From positions 627,992 to 691,991 of the forward strand of contig CP066686.1 of the NCBI GenBank assembly GCA_016432365.1: a DNA stretch of 64,000 bases, in the 5' to 3' direction. This document shows, piece by piece, positions 37,858-47,582 of this stretch; within the stretch, counting starts at the first letter, position 1; each line of letters begins with the position of its first letter. The notes beneath the pieces were generated by a model. It did not search any database. It had not been told where the DNA came from and saw nothing but the letters and a program-made list of their open reading frames with translations. The translations under genes were made by a program, and so were the position numbers. Source of the stretch: Candidatus Woesebacteria bacterium. GTDB taxonomy: Bacteria > Patescibacteriota > Microgenomatia > UBA8517.

Positions 37858-39519
37858 ATGAGTCAAACTCCACCAAAATTCGTTATGCTTGTGGTCTTAG
37901 ATGGATGGGGGATAGCTGCTCCTGGCCCGGGGAATGCCATAACACAATCGGAAACTCCCAATATGAATCGCTTCAAGGCCTCTTTTCCTCATACTCAACT
38001 TGGGGCATCAGGGGAATCAGTCGGACTTCCCAGGGGAGAAGTTGGTAATACTGAAACGGGGCACCTTAATTTGGGGGCCGGCAGGATTGTTTATCAGGAT
38101 CTTCAGAAAATAAACATGAGCATCGCTGACGGGAGTTTGTTTCAGAACCAGGTTTTAATAGGGGCAATTGACCACGTTCGTGCCAGTGGGGGCAATTTAC
38201 ATTTGATGGGATTGGTCGGAGCCGGCGGGGTTCACAGTAATATTGAACATCTTTTTGCCCTTATCGATTTAGCCAAACGGCACGAATTTAATCGTATATA
38301 TTTACATCTTTTTACAGACGGACGTGACTCTCCACCTACCGCTGCAAAAACTTATATTGCTCAAATTAGAAAGGTATTAGCAAACCACGGGATCGGGCAA
38401 ATTGCGTCAATAATGGGTAGGTACTGGGCAATGGATAGGGATTTAAGGTGGGATAGAACTGCCAAAGCATATGCAGCGTTAACTAAAGGAGAGGGGCATT
38501 TTGTTAAGACTCCGGAAGAAGCAATTGATAATTCATATGCAGAGGGGCGAACCGATGAGTTTTTAGAACCTTCGGTGGTTACGGCAACGGACGGTAAACC
38601 GTTAGCAGTGATTAAAGAAAACGATTCTGTAATTTTTTTTAATTTCAGAATAGACAGACCACGTCAACTTTCACGCGCTTTCCTTTTTGATGACTTCTCA
38701 AAAGCTAACGCTCCATCCGGTTTTGATCCTTACCAGGTAAAATACGTTAAAACTCATTTATCACAAACTCCGGCTCCACTCACCGAGCCTTTTGTACGGG
38801 GGCCCAAAATATCAAATTTATATTTTGTTACAATGACAGAGTACGATAAACCGATTGTTGATGCAGGGGCAAAAGTCGCGTTTCCTCCTGAAGTTGTTCG
38901 GTTACCCATTGGGGCAATAATATCTGAAGCAGGATATAAACAGTTAAGATCTTGTGAAAGTGAAAAAGAAAGATTTGTTACATTTTATTTTAACGGTCAG
39001 CAAGAAACGGCCTTTATAGGTGAAGACAGATTAATAGTTTCATCACCTAAAGTAGCTACATACGACTTAATCCCGGAAATGTCTGCCAGAACATTGACAG
39101 AAAATGTTTTAGCTAAAATAAAAGATTTTCCTGACTACAAATTTATTTTAATAAACTTTGCCAATCCGGATATGGTTGGGCATACTGGCAATATTGGTGC
39201 TGCAGCTAAAGCCTGTCAGGTGGTAGATGAATGTTTGGGTAAACTATACGACCACATTACAGCGTATGACGGCCTAATGATTATTACGGCCGATCACGGT
39301 AATTGTGAAGATATGATAGATTCTCAGACAGGAGAAATTGAAACTGAACATAGCTCAAACCCCGTACCCTTTTATGCAATTTCAAAGAATCTTGAGGGAA
39401 AACCTGTTACTTTGACTTCGGGTATACTGGCGGACGTTGCCCCAACCATTCTTAAAGTATTGGGTATGCAAGTTCCCGGAAACATGACCGGCAGAAATCT
39501 CCTTGAGTCAATCGATTAG
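37858..39519 (+). CDS. gpmI: 2,3-bisphosphoglycerate-independent phosphoglycerate mutase
   Basis: N-terminus FVMLVVLDGWG; metalloenzyme domain ITADHGN. Confidence 0.9.
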   Translation: MSQTPPKFVMLVVLDGWGIAAPGPGNAITQSETPNMNRFKASFPHTQLGASGESVGLPRGEVGNTETGHLNLGAGRIVYQDLQKINMSIADGSLFQNQVLIGAIDHVRASGGNLHLMGLVGAGGVHSNIEHLFALIDLAKRHEFNRIYLHLFTDGRDSPPTAAKTYIAQIRKVLANHGIGQIASIMGRYWAMDRDLRWDRTAKAYAALTKGEGHFVKTPEEAIDNSYAEGRTDEFLEPSVVTATDGKPLAVIKENDSVIFFNFRIDRPRQLSRAFLFDDFSKANAPSGFDPYQVKYVKTHLSQTPAPLTEPFVRGPKISNLYFVTMTEYDKPIVDAGAKVAFPPEVVRLPIGAIISEAGYKQLRSCESEKERFVTFYFNGQQETAFIGEDRLIVSSPKVATYDLIPEMSARTLTENVLAKIKDFPDYKFILINFANPDMVGHTGNIGAAAKACQVVDECLGKLYDHITAYDGLMIITADHGNCEDMIDSQTGEIETEHSSNPVPFYAISKNLEGKPVTLTSGILADVAPTILKVLGMQVPGNMTGRNLLESID

Positions 39520-39557
39520 CGGTATTAATAATAAGATTTTTACAGTAAAATAATCAG

Positions 39558-40172
39558 ATGCAATATTTAACAGAAATTCTTACCTCATTTATTTCTTCCT
39601 ACGGCTATCTCGCGGTTTTTATATTAATGACGGCAGAATCTGCTTTAATTCCAATTCCTTCAGAAATAACAATGGCTTTCGCAGGTTTTCTGGTCGGAAT
39701 TAATGTAATAAATTTTTGGATGGCGGTATTTCTTGGGGCATTGGGAAACCTGGTCGGCTCCCTACTCGCTTTTTATTTGGGTAGGGCAATGGGGGAGCAG
39801 TGGATCCGCGATGCAATCAGAAAATGGGGGAAATGGATTTTGGTTCATGAAAAAGATTTTGATACGGCATTGGCTTGGTTTAAAAAATACGGTCAGGGTA
39901 TTGCCTTTGGTTCAAGGTTGCTTCCAATTATCCGTACATTCATAAGTTTGCCTGCGGGGATTGCAGAGATGAATGTTGTTAAATTTAGTATTTTTACTTT
40001 CATTGGTTCATTTATTTGGTCTGCTTTTTTGGCCTATTTGGGTCTTAAATTAGGCCAAAATTGGGAGGTAATAGACCCATACTTTAGAAAGTTTCAATTT
40101 TTGATAGTAGGACTAGGGGTTGCAGCAGTCGGCTTCTATATTTATTCCCATTTGAAGAGGAAAAAAGAGTAA
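39558..40172 (+). CDS. dedA: DedA family membrane protein
   Basis: SALIPIPSE motif and multi-TM topology. Confidence 0.8.
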   Translation: MQYLTEILTSFISSYGYLAVFILMTAESALIPIPSEITMAFAGFLVGINVINFWMAVFLGALGNLVGSLLAFYLGRAMGEQWIRDAIRKWGKWILVHEKDFDTALAWFKKYGQGIAFGSRLLPIIRTFISLPAGIAEMNVVKFSIFTFIGSFIWSAFLAYLGLKLGQNWEVIDPYFRKFQFLIVGLGVAAVGFYIYSHLKRKKE

Positions 40173-40260
40173 TTACCCCATAGTTGATTTTTGCACAATT
40201 TTTATTATATACTTCTTCTTGCGCAATTCTGCGTACATTTTAAGCCTTAAGGAGGCCTAA

Positions 40261-40752
40261 ATGAAGCGAACATTAATACCAGTGTTAACGATAGTCGGTT
40301 TGTTACTTGGATTATTCACCGCGGTCATGCTTAGATTAAGTTCATGGCGGATAAACCAAGACATTAACGGGTGGAAAGATCGCGCGGAAGTGTCCTCGGA
40401 ACCTCACGACATGCTTTTGTATATGACCAACACCAGAGACGGTATGGTTAAATGGGGCATGACTGAGGGTAACGCAGCACTGTTTTTTCCAACTCCGGAA
40501 ACCGACATGTCTCTGATCTACCGAAATGTCAACCAATATGTTGACCAGTCCAAAGTTTTGCTCGAAATGGATCGTACATCACCCCAATATGCAATGAACT
40601 TGGAACAGCTTAGCTGGTCCATTAACAGGTTAGACCTGCACGCATTTCAATATTGGGCTAACCATGACGGCTTGGACACTGCCATCCTTTGCTGGGTAGG
40701 TTGGCTGGCGTTTGTGGTTTTTGGAATTTGGTGGATGTTTCTCGATCTGTAA
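40261..40752 (+). CDS. Hypothetical membrane protein (N- and C-terminal TM helices)
   Basis: ORF track and hydrophobic termini. Confidence 0.45.
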   Translation: MKRTLIPVLTIVGLLLGLFTAVMLRLSSWRINQDINGWKDRAEVSSEPHDMLLYMTNTRDGMVKWGMTEGNAALFFPTPETDMSLIYRNVNQYVDQSKVLLEMDRTSPQYAMNLEQLSWSINRLDLHAFQYWANHDGLDTAILCWVGWLAFVVFGIWWMFLDL

Positions 40753-40814
40753 GACGATCTACGCAATAAACCCCTTCCAGTCGGAAGAAATGAGGATTGG
40801 AGGGGGAAAGTTTT

Positions 40815-41438
40815 TTAGTTTGCCCTATATTTCCTGACTAACCCCACAACCTTACCCTGAATCCTAACATTCTTAACAAAAATTGGTTGCATTTTGGCAT
40901 TTGCCGGCTCCAGACGGACCCGGGTTGCCTCTCTAAAAAATCTTTTAAGAGTTGCCATGCCGTTATCTAAAAGTGCAACCACAATTTCTCCGTTGGTGGC
41001 GGCTTCCGTTTGTTCGACTATTACATGATCGCCATCCAAAATACCGTCTTCTATCATACTTTCTCCGCGAACCTGAAGAACATAAGTTCTTTTTTTGCCC
41101 GAAACCATTGACTGCGGAATATTTATTGTAGCGTTTGGATCGGTAAAGGTTTGTATTGGCATTCCGGCTGCGATATAACCCAAAATTGGAGCTTCAAATT
41201 TTTCATTTTCGTAATCCACTTTGACGTTAACAATTTCAATTGTTCTGGACTTTCCCGCTTTGCGTTTTATTAACCCTTTTTCGGTTAATGCCTGTAGATG
41301 TTCATGCACCGTTGCCAAAGAAGAAACCCCGATTGCATCTGCAATATTTCTTAACGTCGGAGCGCTTCCGTTCATTTGGATAAATTGTTTAATAAAATCC
41401 AAAATTTGTTGCTGCCTTTTGTATACGATTAATGCCAT
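40815..41438 (-). CDS. lexA: LexA repressor (winged-helix plus S24 peptidase domain)
   Basis: HTH region SLATVHEHLQALTEKGLI, Ser-Lys dyad region VRGESMIEDGILDGDHVIV and ...VGLVRKY. Confidence 0.85.
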   Translation of the reverse strand: MALIVYKRQQQILDFIKQFIQMNGSAPTLRNIADAIGVSSLATVHEHLQALTEKGLIKRKAGKSRTIEIVNVKVDYENEKFEAPILGYIAAGMPIQTFTDPNATINIPQSMVSGKKRTYVLQVRGESMIEDGILDGDHVIVEQTEAATNGEIVVALLDNGMATLKRFFREATRVRLEPANAKMQPIFVKNVRIQGKVVGLVRKYRAN

Positions 41439-41533
41439 AGTTCAATGTACAAATATAACCCGAATTCGTCAACTGGATCTTACTATTACAAAACCAAACA
41501 ATTACCGAATAATATATATTGAGGATGTTGAAA

Positions 41534-41782
41534 CTAATCCAATTCCTTTACTATAAATTTCCCAGTCGCCTCATCGAAATAGGTGACGGTGGGTTTGCCT
41601 TTTAAAAAAGATGTGGCTATACCTTCCGCGAAATCATCCGGTTGGTCGCTATCTAGTTCCACCTCAATACCAGATTCGGACCTTACCATACGAGTGTCCA
41701 GTTTTGTGCGGTCATCCCTAACGGCGAATAAATTTGCCAAAGGACCCAAAAAATTGAGGCAACCAGGCCTTTCCTTATTCAT
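41534..41782 (-). CDS. Small hypothetical protein upstream of lexA on the same strand
   Basis: ORF track only. Confidence 0.4.
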   Translation of the reverse strand: MNKERPGCLNFLGPLANLFAVRDDRTKLDTRMVRSESGIEVELDSDQPDDFAEGIATSFLKGKPTVTYFDEATGKFIVKELD

Positions 41783-41837
41783 ATAAGCTATAATATCACT
41801 AGTTTTTCAATATTCAAGTAATATAAAATCCAAACAA

Positions 41838-43862
41838 ATGAATTCTTTCAAGCTCAAAACCAACTACAAACCTATTCCCGATCAGGAGCGCGCAATCGAA
41901 ACTTTGGCGCGTGGAATAACTGGTGGAGAAAAATATCAAACATTGCTTGGGGTAACCGGAAGCGGCAAGACTTTTACGATGGCTAATGTTATCGAAAAAG
42001 TGCAAAGACCGACATTAATTATCTCTCATAACAAAACTTTGGCGGGGCAACTTTATCAGGAAATGAGGGAGCTTTTTCCGGACAACGCGGTCAGCTATTT
42101 TGTTTCTTATTACGACTATTATCAACCCGAAGCTTATATTCCCTCAACCGATACCTATATAGAAAAAGACGCGGATATTAACGAGACAATAGATAAACTA
42201 AGGCTTGCTGCTACTACCAATCTCTTGACCCGATCGGATACAATCGTGATCGCTTCAGTGTCTTGCATATACAATATCGGTTCTCCCCGTGAATACGGCC
42301 ATTTTGTTTTTGAATTTACGGAGGGAATGAAAATTTCGCGCGACCAAATTATAGATAGAATTGTGGATTTGCAATACGAACGCAGCGACTTTGGTTTTAA
42401 CAGAGGTACATTCAGAGTGCGCGGTGACTCAATTGATGTTTACCCCGCTTATTTGGATGAAGGAATTCGAATAGAATTATTCAATAACTCAATCAAGTCA
42501 GTAAAGACAATAAATACAGTTACAGGCGCTGTAATCAGTAAACAGTCATCAGTAACCAGTTACGTTCTCTACCCCGCCAAGCATTTTATGACCAACCCCG
42601 AAAGTTACAAAGAGGTTTTTGAAGTAATAAAAAGAGATTTGGATATTCAGGTCAAGAAATTAAAAAGTGAAGGAAAGTTGCTCGAGGCTCACAGAATTGC
42701 ACAAAAAGTTACCTATGATTTGGAAATGATTCAGGAAGTAGGTTACGTTAAAGGAATCGAAAATTATTCTCGTTATTTTGACGGCAGAAAGCCCGGAGAT
42801 GCCCCCTTTACACTTTTGGACTATTTCCAAGAGCCGTATAAGGACAAGTGGATGTTAATGGTTGACGAATCTCACATGACTTTTCCTCAGATTCGCGGCA
42901 TGTACAATGGCGACTTGGCAAGAAAGCAAACCTTGATCGATTACGGTTTCAGACTTCCGTCGGCGCTAGACAACAGGCCGTTGCGTTTTGAAGAATTCAT
43001 GAGGAGAGTTCCCAACTTCATCGCGTCTTCTGCCACTCCGAATGATTGGGAAGTGTCCCTATCCGAAGGAAATGTTACAGAGCTTTTGGTTCGTCCCACC
43101 GGAATCCCCGATCCTTTAGTGGAAATTAAACCTGTAAAAAATCAAGTGACCGATATTATAGAAGAAATAAAAAAGACTGTTGCCAAGAAGCAAAGGACCT
43201 TGGTTACGACCTTGACCAAAAGAACCGCAGAGGATCTGTCGGCTTATCTTGCGGAACAGGGATTGAAAGTTCAATATTTGCATTCAGATGTTAAAACTCT
43301 CGAGCGGACCGATATTTTGGACGCACTTCGAAATGGAAAATATGACGTACTTGTTGGAATCAACTTACTTAGAGAAGGATTGGACTTGCCCGAGGTGAGC
43401 CTGGTAGCAATACTTGATGCCGATAAAGAAGGTTTCTTACGAAGTGACGTAACACTTATTCAGACGATGGGTAGGGCCGCTAGACACGTTGAGGGTCGCG
43501 TAATAATGTATGCCGATAAAGTAACCGGTTCTATGGAAAGGGCTCTTAGTGAGGTCAAACGTAGGCGTGAATATCAGCTTAAATACAATATAGAACACAA
43601 CATTACCCCTGTAAGCATAAGTAAACCCATGAGAGAAAGAATTATCGAATTTGAGTCAGGCGAGCGTGGTCCTTGGGTTTTTGGGTCAAAAGAACCTGTT
43701 TTTGAAAGTCTTCCCCATCTTGAATTGGACGCGATGACACCAATGGAGAAAAAACGTTTGGTTAAAAATTTAACCGCTGAAATGCGTCTGGCTGCTCAGG
43801 ATCTTAACTTTGAACTTGCGGCGGAAATTAGGGATAAAATTAAAGAAATAGGCAAGGTTTAA
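41838..43862 (+). CDS. uvrB: Excinuclease ABC subunit B
   Basis: GVTGSGKTF Walker A, helicase motifs, and a C-terminal UVR domain. Length 674 aa. Confidence 0.95.
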   Translation: MNSFKLKTNYKPIPDQERAIETLARGITGGEKYQTLLGVTGSGKTFTMANVIEKVQRPTLIISHNKTLAGQLYQEMRELFPDNAVSYFVSYYDYYQPEAYIPSTDTYIEKDADINETIDKLRLAATTNLLTRSDTIVIASVSCIYNIGSPREYGHFVFEFTEGMKISRDQIIDRIVDLQYERSDFGFNRGTFRVRGDSIDVYPAYLDEGIRIELFNNSIKSVKTINTVTGAVISKQSSVTSYVLYPAKHFMTNPESYKEVFEVIKRDLDIQVKKLKSEGKLLEAHRIAQKVTYDLEMIQEVGYVKGIENYSRYFDGRKPGDAPFTLLDYFQEPYKDKWMLMVDESHMTFPQIRGMYNGDLARKQTLIDYGFRLPSALDNRPLRFEEFMRRVPNFIASSATPNDWEVSLSEGNVTELLVRPTGIPDPLVEIKPVKNQVTDIIEEIKKTVAKKQRTLVTTLTKRTAEDLSAYLAEQGLKVQYLHSDVKTLERTDILDALRNGKYDVLVGINLLREGLDLPEVSLVAILDADKEGFLRSDVTLIQTMGRAARHVEGRVIMYADKVTGSMERALSEVKRRREYQLKYNIEHNITPVSISKPMRERIIEFESGERGPWVFGSKEPVFESLPHLELDAMTPMEKKRLVKNLTAEMRLAAQDLNFELAAEIRDKIKEIGKV

Positions 43863-43931
43863 TTTTCGACTGCGTCGTAAAATTAAAGAAATAGGCAAGG
43901 TTTAATTTTCGACTGCGTTGTAAAATTAAAG
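43836..43931. repeat. Tandem direct repeat of 43 bp, about 2.2 copies (aaaattaaagaaataggcaaggtttaattttcgactgcgtcgt). It spans the uvrB stop codon and the 3' UTR.
   Basis: Copies at 43836-43878 and 43879-43921 differ by one nucleotide. A third partial copy starts at 43922. Confidence 0.85.
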
Positions 43932-44372
43932 TTATTCATTCAAGGTAATTTTCAATCCTTTGTCCTCAAAGACCGTTTTAAGTTGAGCAAAAAACTCTTC
44001 CTGCGAGGCAAAAAGGTTTTCGGGATGTATGTGAACAACGTTAATAAAACTGATGAAACTTCCATCAGAATAAAAGCCTCCGGTATTTCCATTAAAAGGT
44101 AATTCCATTAAATTGCAGGCAGCCTTAGCAATGCAACTGTCTGGATCAAAATCGTTAGACATTAAGTTAGTTTTTACCATGGCCTTCAGGGCATCATCTG
44201 TTTCATTAGGCGCCGAAAGTGGAATTGCTATGGATTTATCTACAAGAACCCCCAAAAGAGACAGTCCCTTAGAATTTTCAATTTTTACTGTTTTTGCGTG
44301 AGAAGAAATCGAAATTTCTAAATTCTTAGGATCAAAAATGTCTCTTATTCTTCTATGGTGAATTTCTGACAT
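43932..44372 (-). CDS. Hypothetical protein (146 aa)
   Basis: ORF track. No family recognised. Confidence 0.5.
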   Translation of the reverse strand: MSEIHHRRIRDIFDPKNLEISISSHAKTVKIENSKGLSLLGVLVDKSIAIPLSAPNETDDALKAMVKTNLMSNDFDPDSCIAKAACNLMELPFNGNTGGFYSDGSFISFINVVHIHPENLFASQEEFFAQLKTVFEDKGLKITLNE

Positions 44373-44503
44373 AAGCAGCTATTATACCAGTTTGATATAG
44401 TTAGTGGAAATGGTTGGTTAGGAGCGGAATAGAGGTGAGCCGAGCTGCCTCTAAAATGTTAGGAAGTACATCGAAGTTTATATTTAAGGGGGAATGCAAG
44501 GGA

Positions 44504-44929
44504 TCAGTGAAAACGGGGTGAATTGTCTTCCTGAAAATCTTTAATACGATAGTCAAGGCGAGACCTATGAACAAGGTCCATGTTTAATAATGCCTGTAGG
44601 TATTCACTGTAAAAAAGCAGCCAGCCACACATGGTGTCGGGATTTTTATTTATGTCATTGTAAAGAAGATCAAAAGCGTCGGCAGTTCCTATTTCCAATG
44701 CCTCTACCATTTGGGAATATTCACCCAGAAGCTCTTCATCTTTTAGCATTTCTTCATGGCGTTTTTTTGTAAATTGGCCATTATTTATATAATGATTGAC
44801 TATTTGTATATTGCCCTCGACTATAGCCCTTGCAACTTGAGCTTCCTCTATACTTACATGGTGGTTGAGTTCGAAATCTCTCCGGTCAATTTCGTTTACG
44901 AATTCTTTCGATAAAAAAATTTTTTCCAT
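44504..44929 (-). CDS. Hypothetical protein (141 aa), mostly helical
   Basis: ORF track. Confidence 0.5.
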   Translation of the reverse strand: MEKIFLSKEFVNEIDRRDFELNHHVSIEEAQVARAIVEGNIQIVNHYINNGQFTKKRHEEMLKDEELLGEYSQMVEALEIGTADAFDLLYNDINKNPDTMCGWLLFYSEYLQALLNMDLVHRSRLDYRIKDFQEDNSPRFH

Positions 44930-44951
44930 ACGGGGAATTATACTCTATAAA

Positions 44952-47498
44952 TTACCTACTTGGATCAAGGGGAACGGAGATATGCGACAAAGTGTTATTG
45001 TCTTTTGAAATAGAGATTAAATCCCCATTCAGATAGATATTACTGATACCACCAATTTGATGGCTGTTTATCACCTGCGAGGGAAATGCGTATCTTTTAG
45101 CATTAACTTTGAGCATATAGTCATCCGGAATAATATCTGATAGATAATAGTTCCCATTTTGGTTCGTAAAGTCTGTCTTGAGATTTCCCGATTGAGAATA
45201 AAGAATGATGTAAGCGGCGAAAACAGGACTTTTATTTGAAGTATCGAACACAACTCCGTCAGTTTTTTTGTTATTCATAATGAAAGGTAAGAAATATGAA
45301 AGTTTAGACCTCATTCCGCGCCCTACGCTTGTAACATAATCAAAAGGCATTTTCCAAACACTTCTTTCTGTTGTTTGGTAAACGACAGGTAACGATGACA
45401 AAACAATATTTGAAGTTGTGACAAATATTACAAAGATGATAACAACGATTGTCGCAGCAGAAGTTGCTCCGGCACCTACGGCTCCAATTAAAATAATATT
45501 ATTCAGATTACTTTGAGAAAAACTTGTCTGAATAGAAGAGGGAGTAGATTGCAAAGAAGTCGCAGACAATGTTGGAGATGGCTGTACCTGGGCAGAACTT
45601 GTAGATTCTGTCGGTGTGGTGGTAGGAATGGGAGTAGAAGTGGGAGCGGGTGAGCCCGTCGTAACGAATGAAGAGAAAATATTAGACCAGGGGCCGCCGG
45701 CGCAATCGTTAACAGCTCTGATTTTGAAATAATAAGATTGAAAAGGTGATAAATAATTGATTGTGTACGTTAAGACTCCCGCAGAGGATTGACTGGAAAA
45801 ACTTACACCAAACCTTTCATCTGTCGGTGTTAAGCCATAGATTACTTGATAACCGGTTGTATTCGATGTAACCGATGTGAAGTATAAAGTCGCGCTTCCT
45901 CCACTCCTGGATACTCTGGAAATAAAAGGTGCATTTATCGGAGAGGGGTTTGTGCAAGTATCCCCCGGACCCGGAGGAGATAGAGTTGGGGTAGGAGTTG
46001 GAGTAGCCGCGGGAGGACCCGAATATTTTATAATAACAAAGTTAAAAGATCCTGCTCCAGAAACCGTAATATTACTACCAAAATCATATTGACTGGTTCC
46101 GTAAATTTCTCCTACAGCATAAGTATTACCTGAGGTGTCGTTTACAACCCCCTTATAATATGAGTTGTTTGGTCCTACCACCGTTGTCTTTGCCCACTGT
46201 GCAAGTCCACCGCTGTCATATTTGACAACAAGCAAATTATTCGATGAATACGCACCAGTTATGGTTATACCATTACCAAAATTGTATTGACTGGTACCGT
46301 CAATTTCTCCAACCGCGTAAACATTTCCGGAAGAATCACTCGAAATACCATTGAAAGTTCCATAATCCGGTCCTACCACCGTTGTCTTTGCCCACTGAGC
46401 TACTCCGCTAGCACTATATTTAACAATGATTGGGTTACCAGACGAGTTAGTGCCTGTAACTGTTACACTATTTCCAAAATCGTATAAACCAATGCTGGCA
46501 ATTTCTCCAACAGCTACAATATTACCTGAGGAGTCCATAGAAATTCCACTAAAAGATAAAGAATCCGAGCCACCGGTTGTTGTCTTTGCCCACTGGGGGA
46601 CACCGCTTGAATCATACCCGATTACTATTGGATTGCTTGACGAGCTGCTTCCGGTAACAGTTATACTACTGCCAAAATCGAACTGAGAGGAGCCAACAAT
46701 TTGCCCTGCGGCATAACTATTACCTGAGGAGTCAGTCGCAATGCCGTTAAAAACTGAAGTTCCGGGTCCCACTGAGGTTGTCTTTGCCCACTGAGCGAGC
46801 CCACTACTGTCATATTTTATGATTACGGCATTCTGGGATGCATTTGCCCCCGCGGTTGTTACGCTGTTGCCGAAATTGAATGTACCGGAGCCATTTAAAT
46901 TTCCTACCACAATGCTGTTTCCCGAAGAGTCGATTGATATTCCATTAAATTTTGATGAATTTGGTCCCGTTACGGTAGATTTTGCCCACTGAGCGTCCCC
47001 GCTCGAATTATATTTAATTACTAAACCGTTACCGGCGGCATGCCCTCCTGCAACAGTAACACTGTTACCGAAATTAAAAGTACCTGTTCCGCTAATTGAG
47101 CCTGAAATATAAATATTCCCGGATGAGTCAATTTTTATTCCGGTGAATGAGGAAGAATTTGCTCCTGAAATTGTTGTTTTCGCCCATTGGGCAGACCCAC
47201 CAGAATCATATTTAACCAAAACAGCATTATTGCCCGAACTACTTCCGGCTGCCGTCACACCGTTACCAAAGTTAAACGTACCTGTGCCACTGATGTTTCC
47301 AACAGCATAAATATATCCGTTCGAATCTATATAGACCCCGTTGTAAATGGAGTCGTCAGGTGCCGTAACCGTCGACTTTGCCCAGACAGTATCACTTTCG
47401 GCCGCATAGACGGTTGAGAAATCGACAAAACTTGTTATAAAAGTGAAGATGCAGGCTAGCACGATGATTAAAATATTTTTAGCCTTAGATGATTCCAT
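44952..47498 (-). CDS. Large secreted cell-surface protein: signal peptide, about 10 SBBP-type beta-propeller repeats (AQWAKT...SGN.Y..G...G), an FN3-like domain, a Pro/Thr-rich linker, a TM anchor and a C-terminal domain
   Basis: Repeated ...SG[GV]AQWAKTT..G...S.F.GI..DSSGN.Y..G units, read directly from the translation. Start placed at MESSKAKN with a signal peptide. Confidence 0.75.
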   Translation of the reverse strand: MESSKAKNILIIVLACIFTFITSFVDFSTVYAAESDTVWAKSTVTAPDDSIYNGVYIDSNGYIYAVGNISGTGTFNFGNGVTAAGSSSGNNAVLVKYDSGGSAQWAKTTISGANSSSFTGIKIDSSGNIYISGSISGTGTFNFGNSVTVAGGHAAGNGLVIKYNSSGDAQWAKSTVTGPNSSKFNGISIDSSGNSIVVGNLNGSGTFNFGNSVTTAGANASQNAVIIKYDSSGLAQWAKTTSVGPGTSVFNGIATDSSGNSYAAGQIVGSSQFDFGSSITVTGSSSSSNPIVIGYDSSGVPQWAKTTTGGSDSLSFSGISMDSSGNIVAVGEIASIGLYDFGNSVTVTGTNSSGNPIIVKYSASGVAQWAKTTVVGPDYGTFNGISSDSSGNVYAVGEIDGTSQYNFGNGITITGAYSSNNLLVVKYDSGGLAQWAKTTVVGPNNSYYKGVVNDTSGNTYAVGEIYGTSQYDFGSNITVSGAGSFNFVIIKYSGPPAATPTPTPTLSPPGPGDTCTNPSPINAPFISRVSRSGGSATLYFTSVTSNTTGYQVIYGLTPTDERFGVSFSSQSSAGVLTYTINYLSPFQSYYFKIRAVNDCAGGPWSNIFSSFVTTGSPAPTSTPIPTTTPTESTSSAQVQPSPTLSATSLQSTPSSIQTSFSQSNLNNIILIGAVGAGATSAATIVVIIFVIFVTTSNIVLSSLPVVYQTTERSVWKMPFDYVTSVGRGMRSKLSYFLPFIMNNKKTDGVVFDTSNKSPVFAAYIILYSQSGNLKTDFTNQNGNYYLSDIIPDDYMLKVNAKRYAFPSQVINSHQIGGISNIYLNGDLISISKDNNTLSHISVPLDPSR

Positions 47499-47521
47499 TA
47501 GAAAAAGCATAACATATGAAA

Positions 47522-47546
47522 ACAGGTATACCATCTGTGTTATAAT
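47522..47546 (+). promoter_or_regulatory. Putative uvrA promoter region: TATAAT at 47541-47546, preceded by the palindrome ACAG-GTATACC-ATCTGT
   Basis: Read directly from the sequence. The -35 box is weak. Confidence 0.3.
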
Positions 47547-47582
47547 CACTCGTCCACCGCGATCTCGCGGCGGGTTTTTGTT

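Noticed and set aside
41783-41837. LexA operator in the lexA/uvrB divergent intergenic region
   Set aside because: Only a TATAAT hexamer and a TTCAATA TTCAAG direct repeat are present. There is no convincing palindrome and no match to the CTGT-N8-ACAG, GAAC-N4-GTTC or GTTC-N7-GTTC box families.
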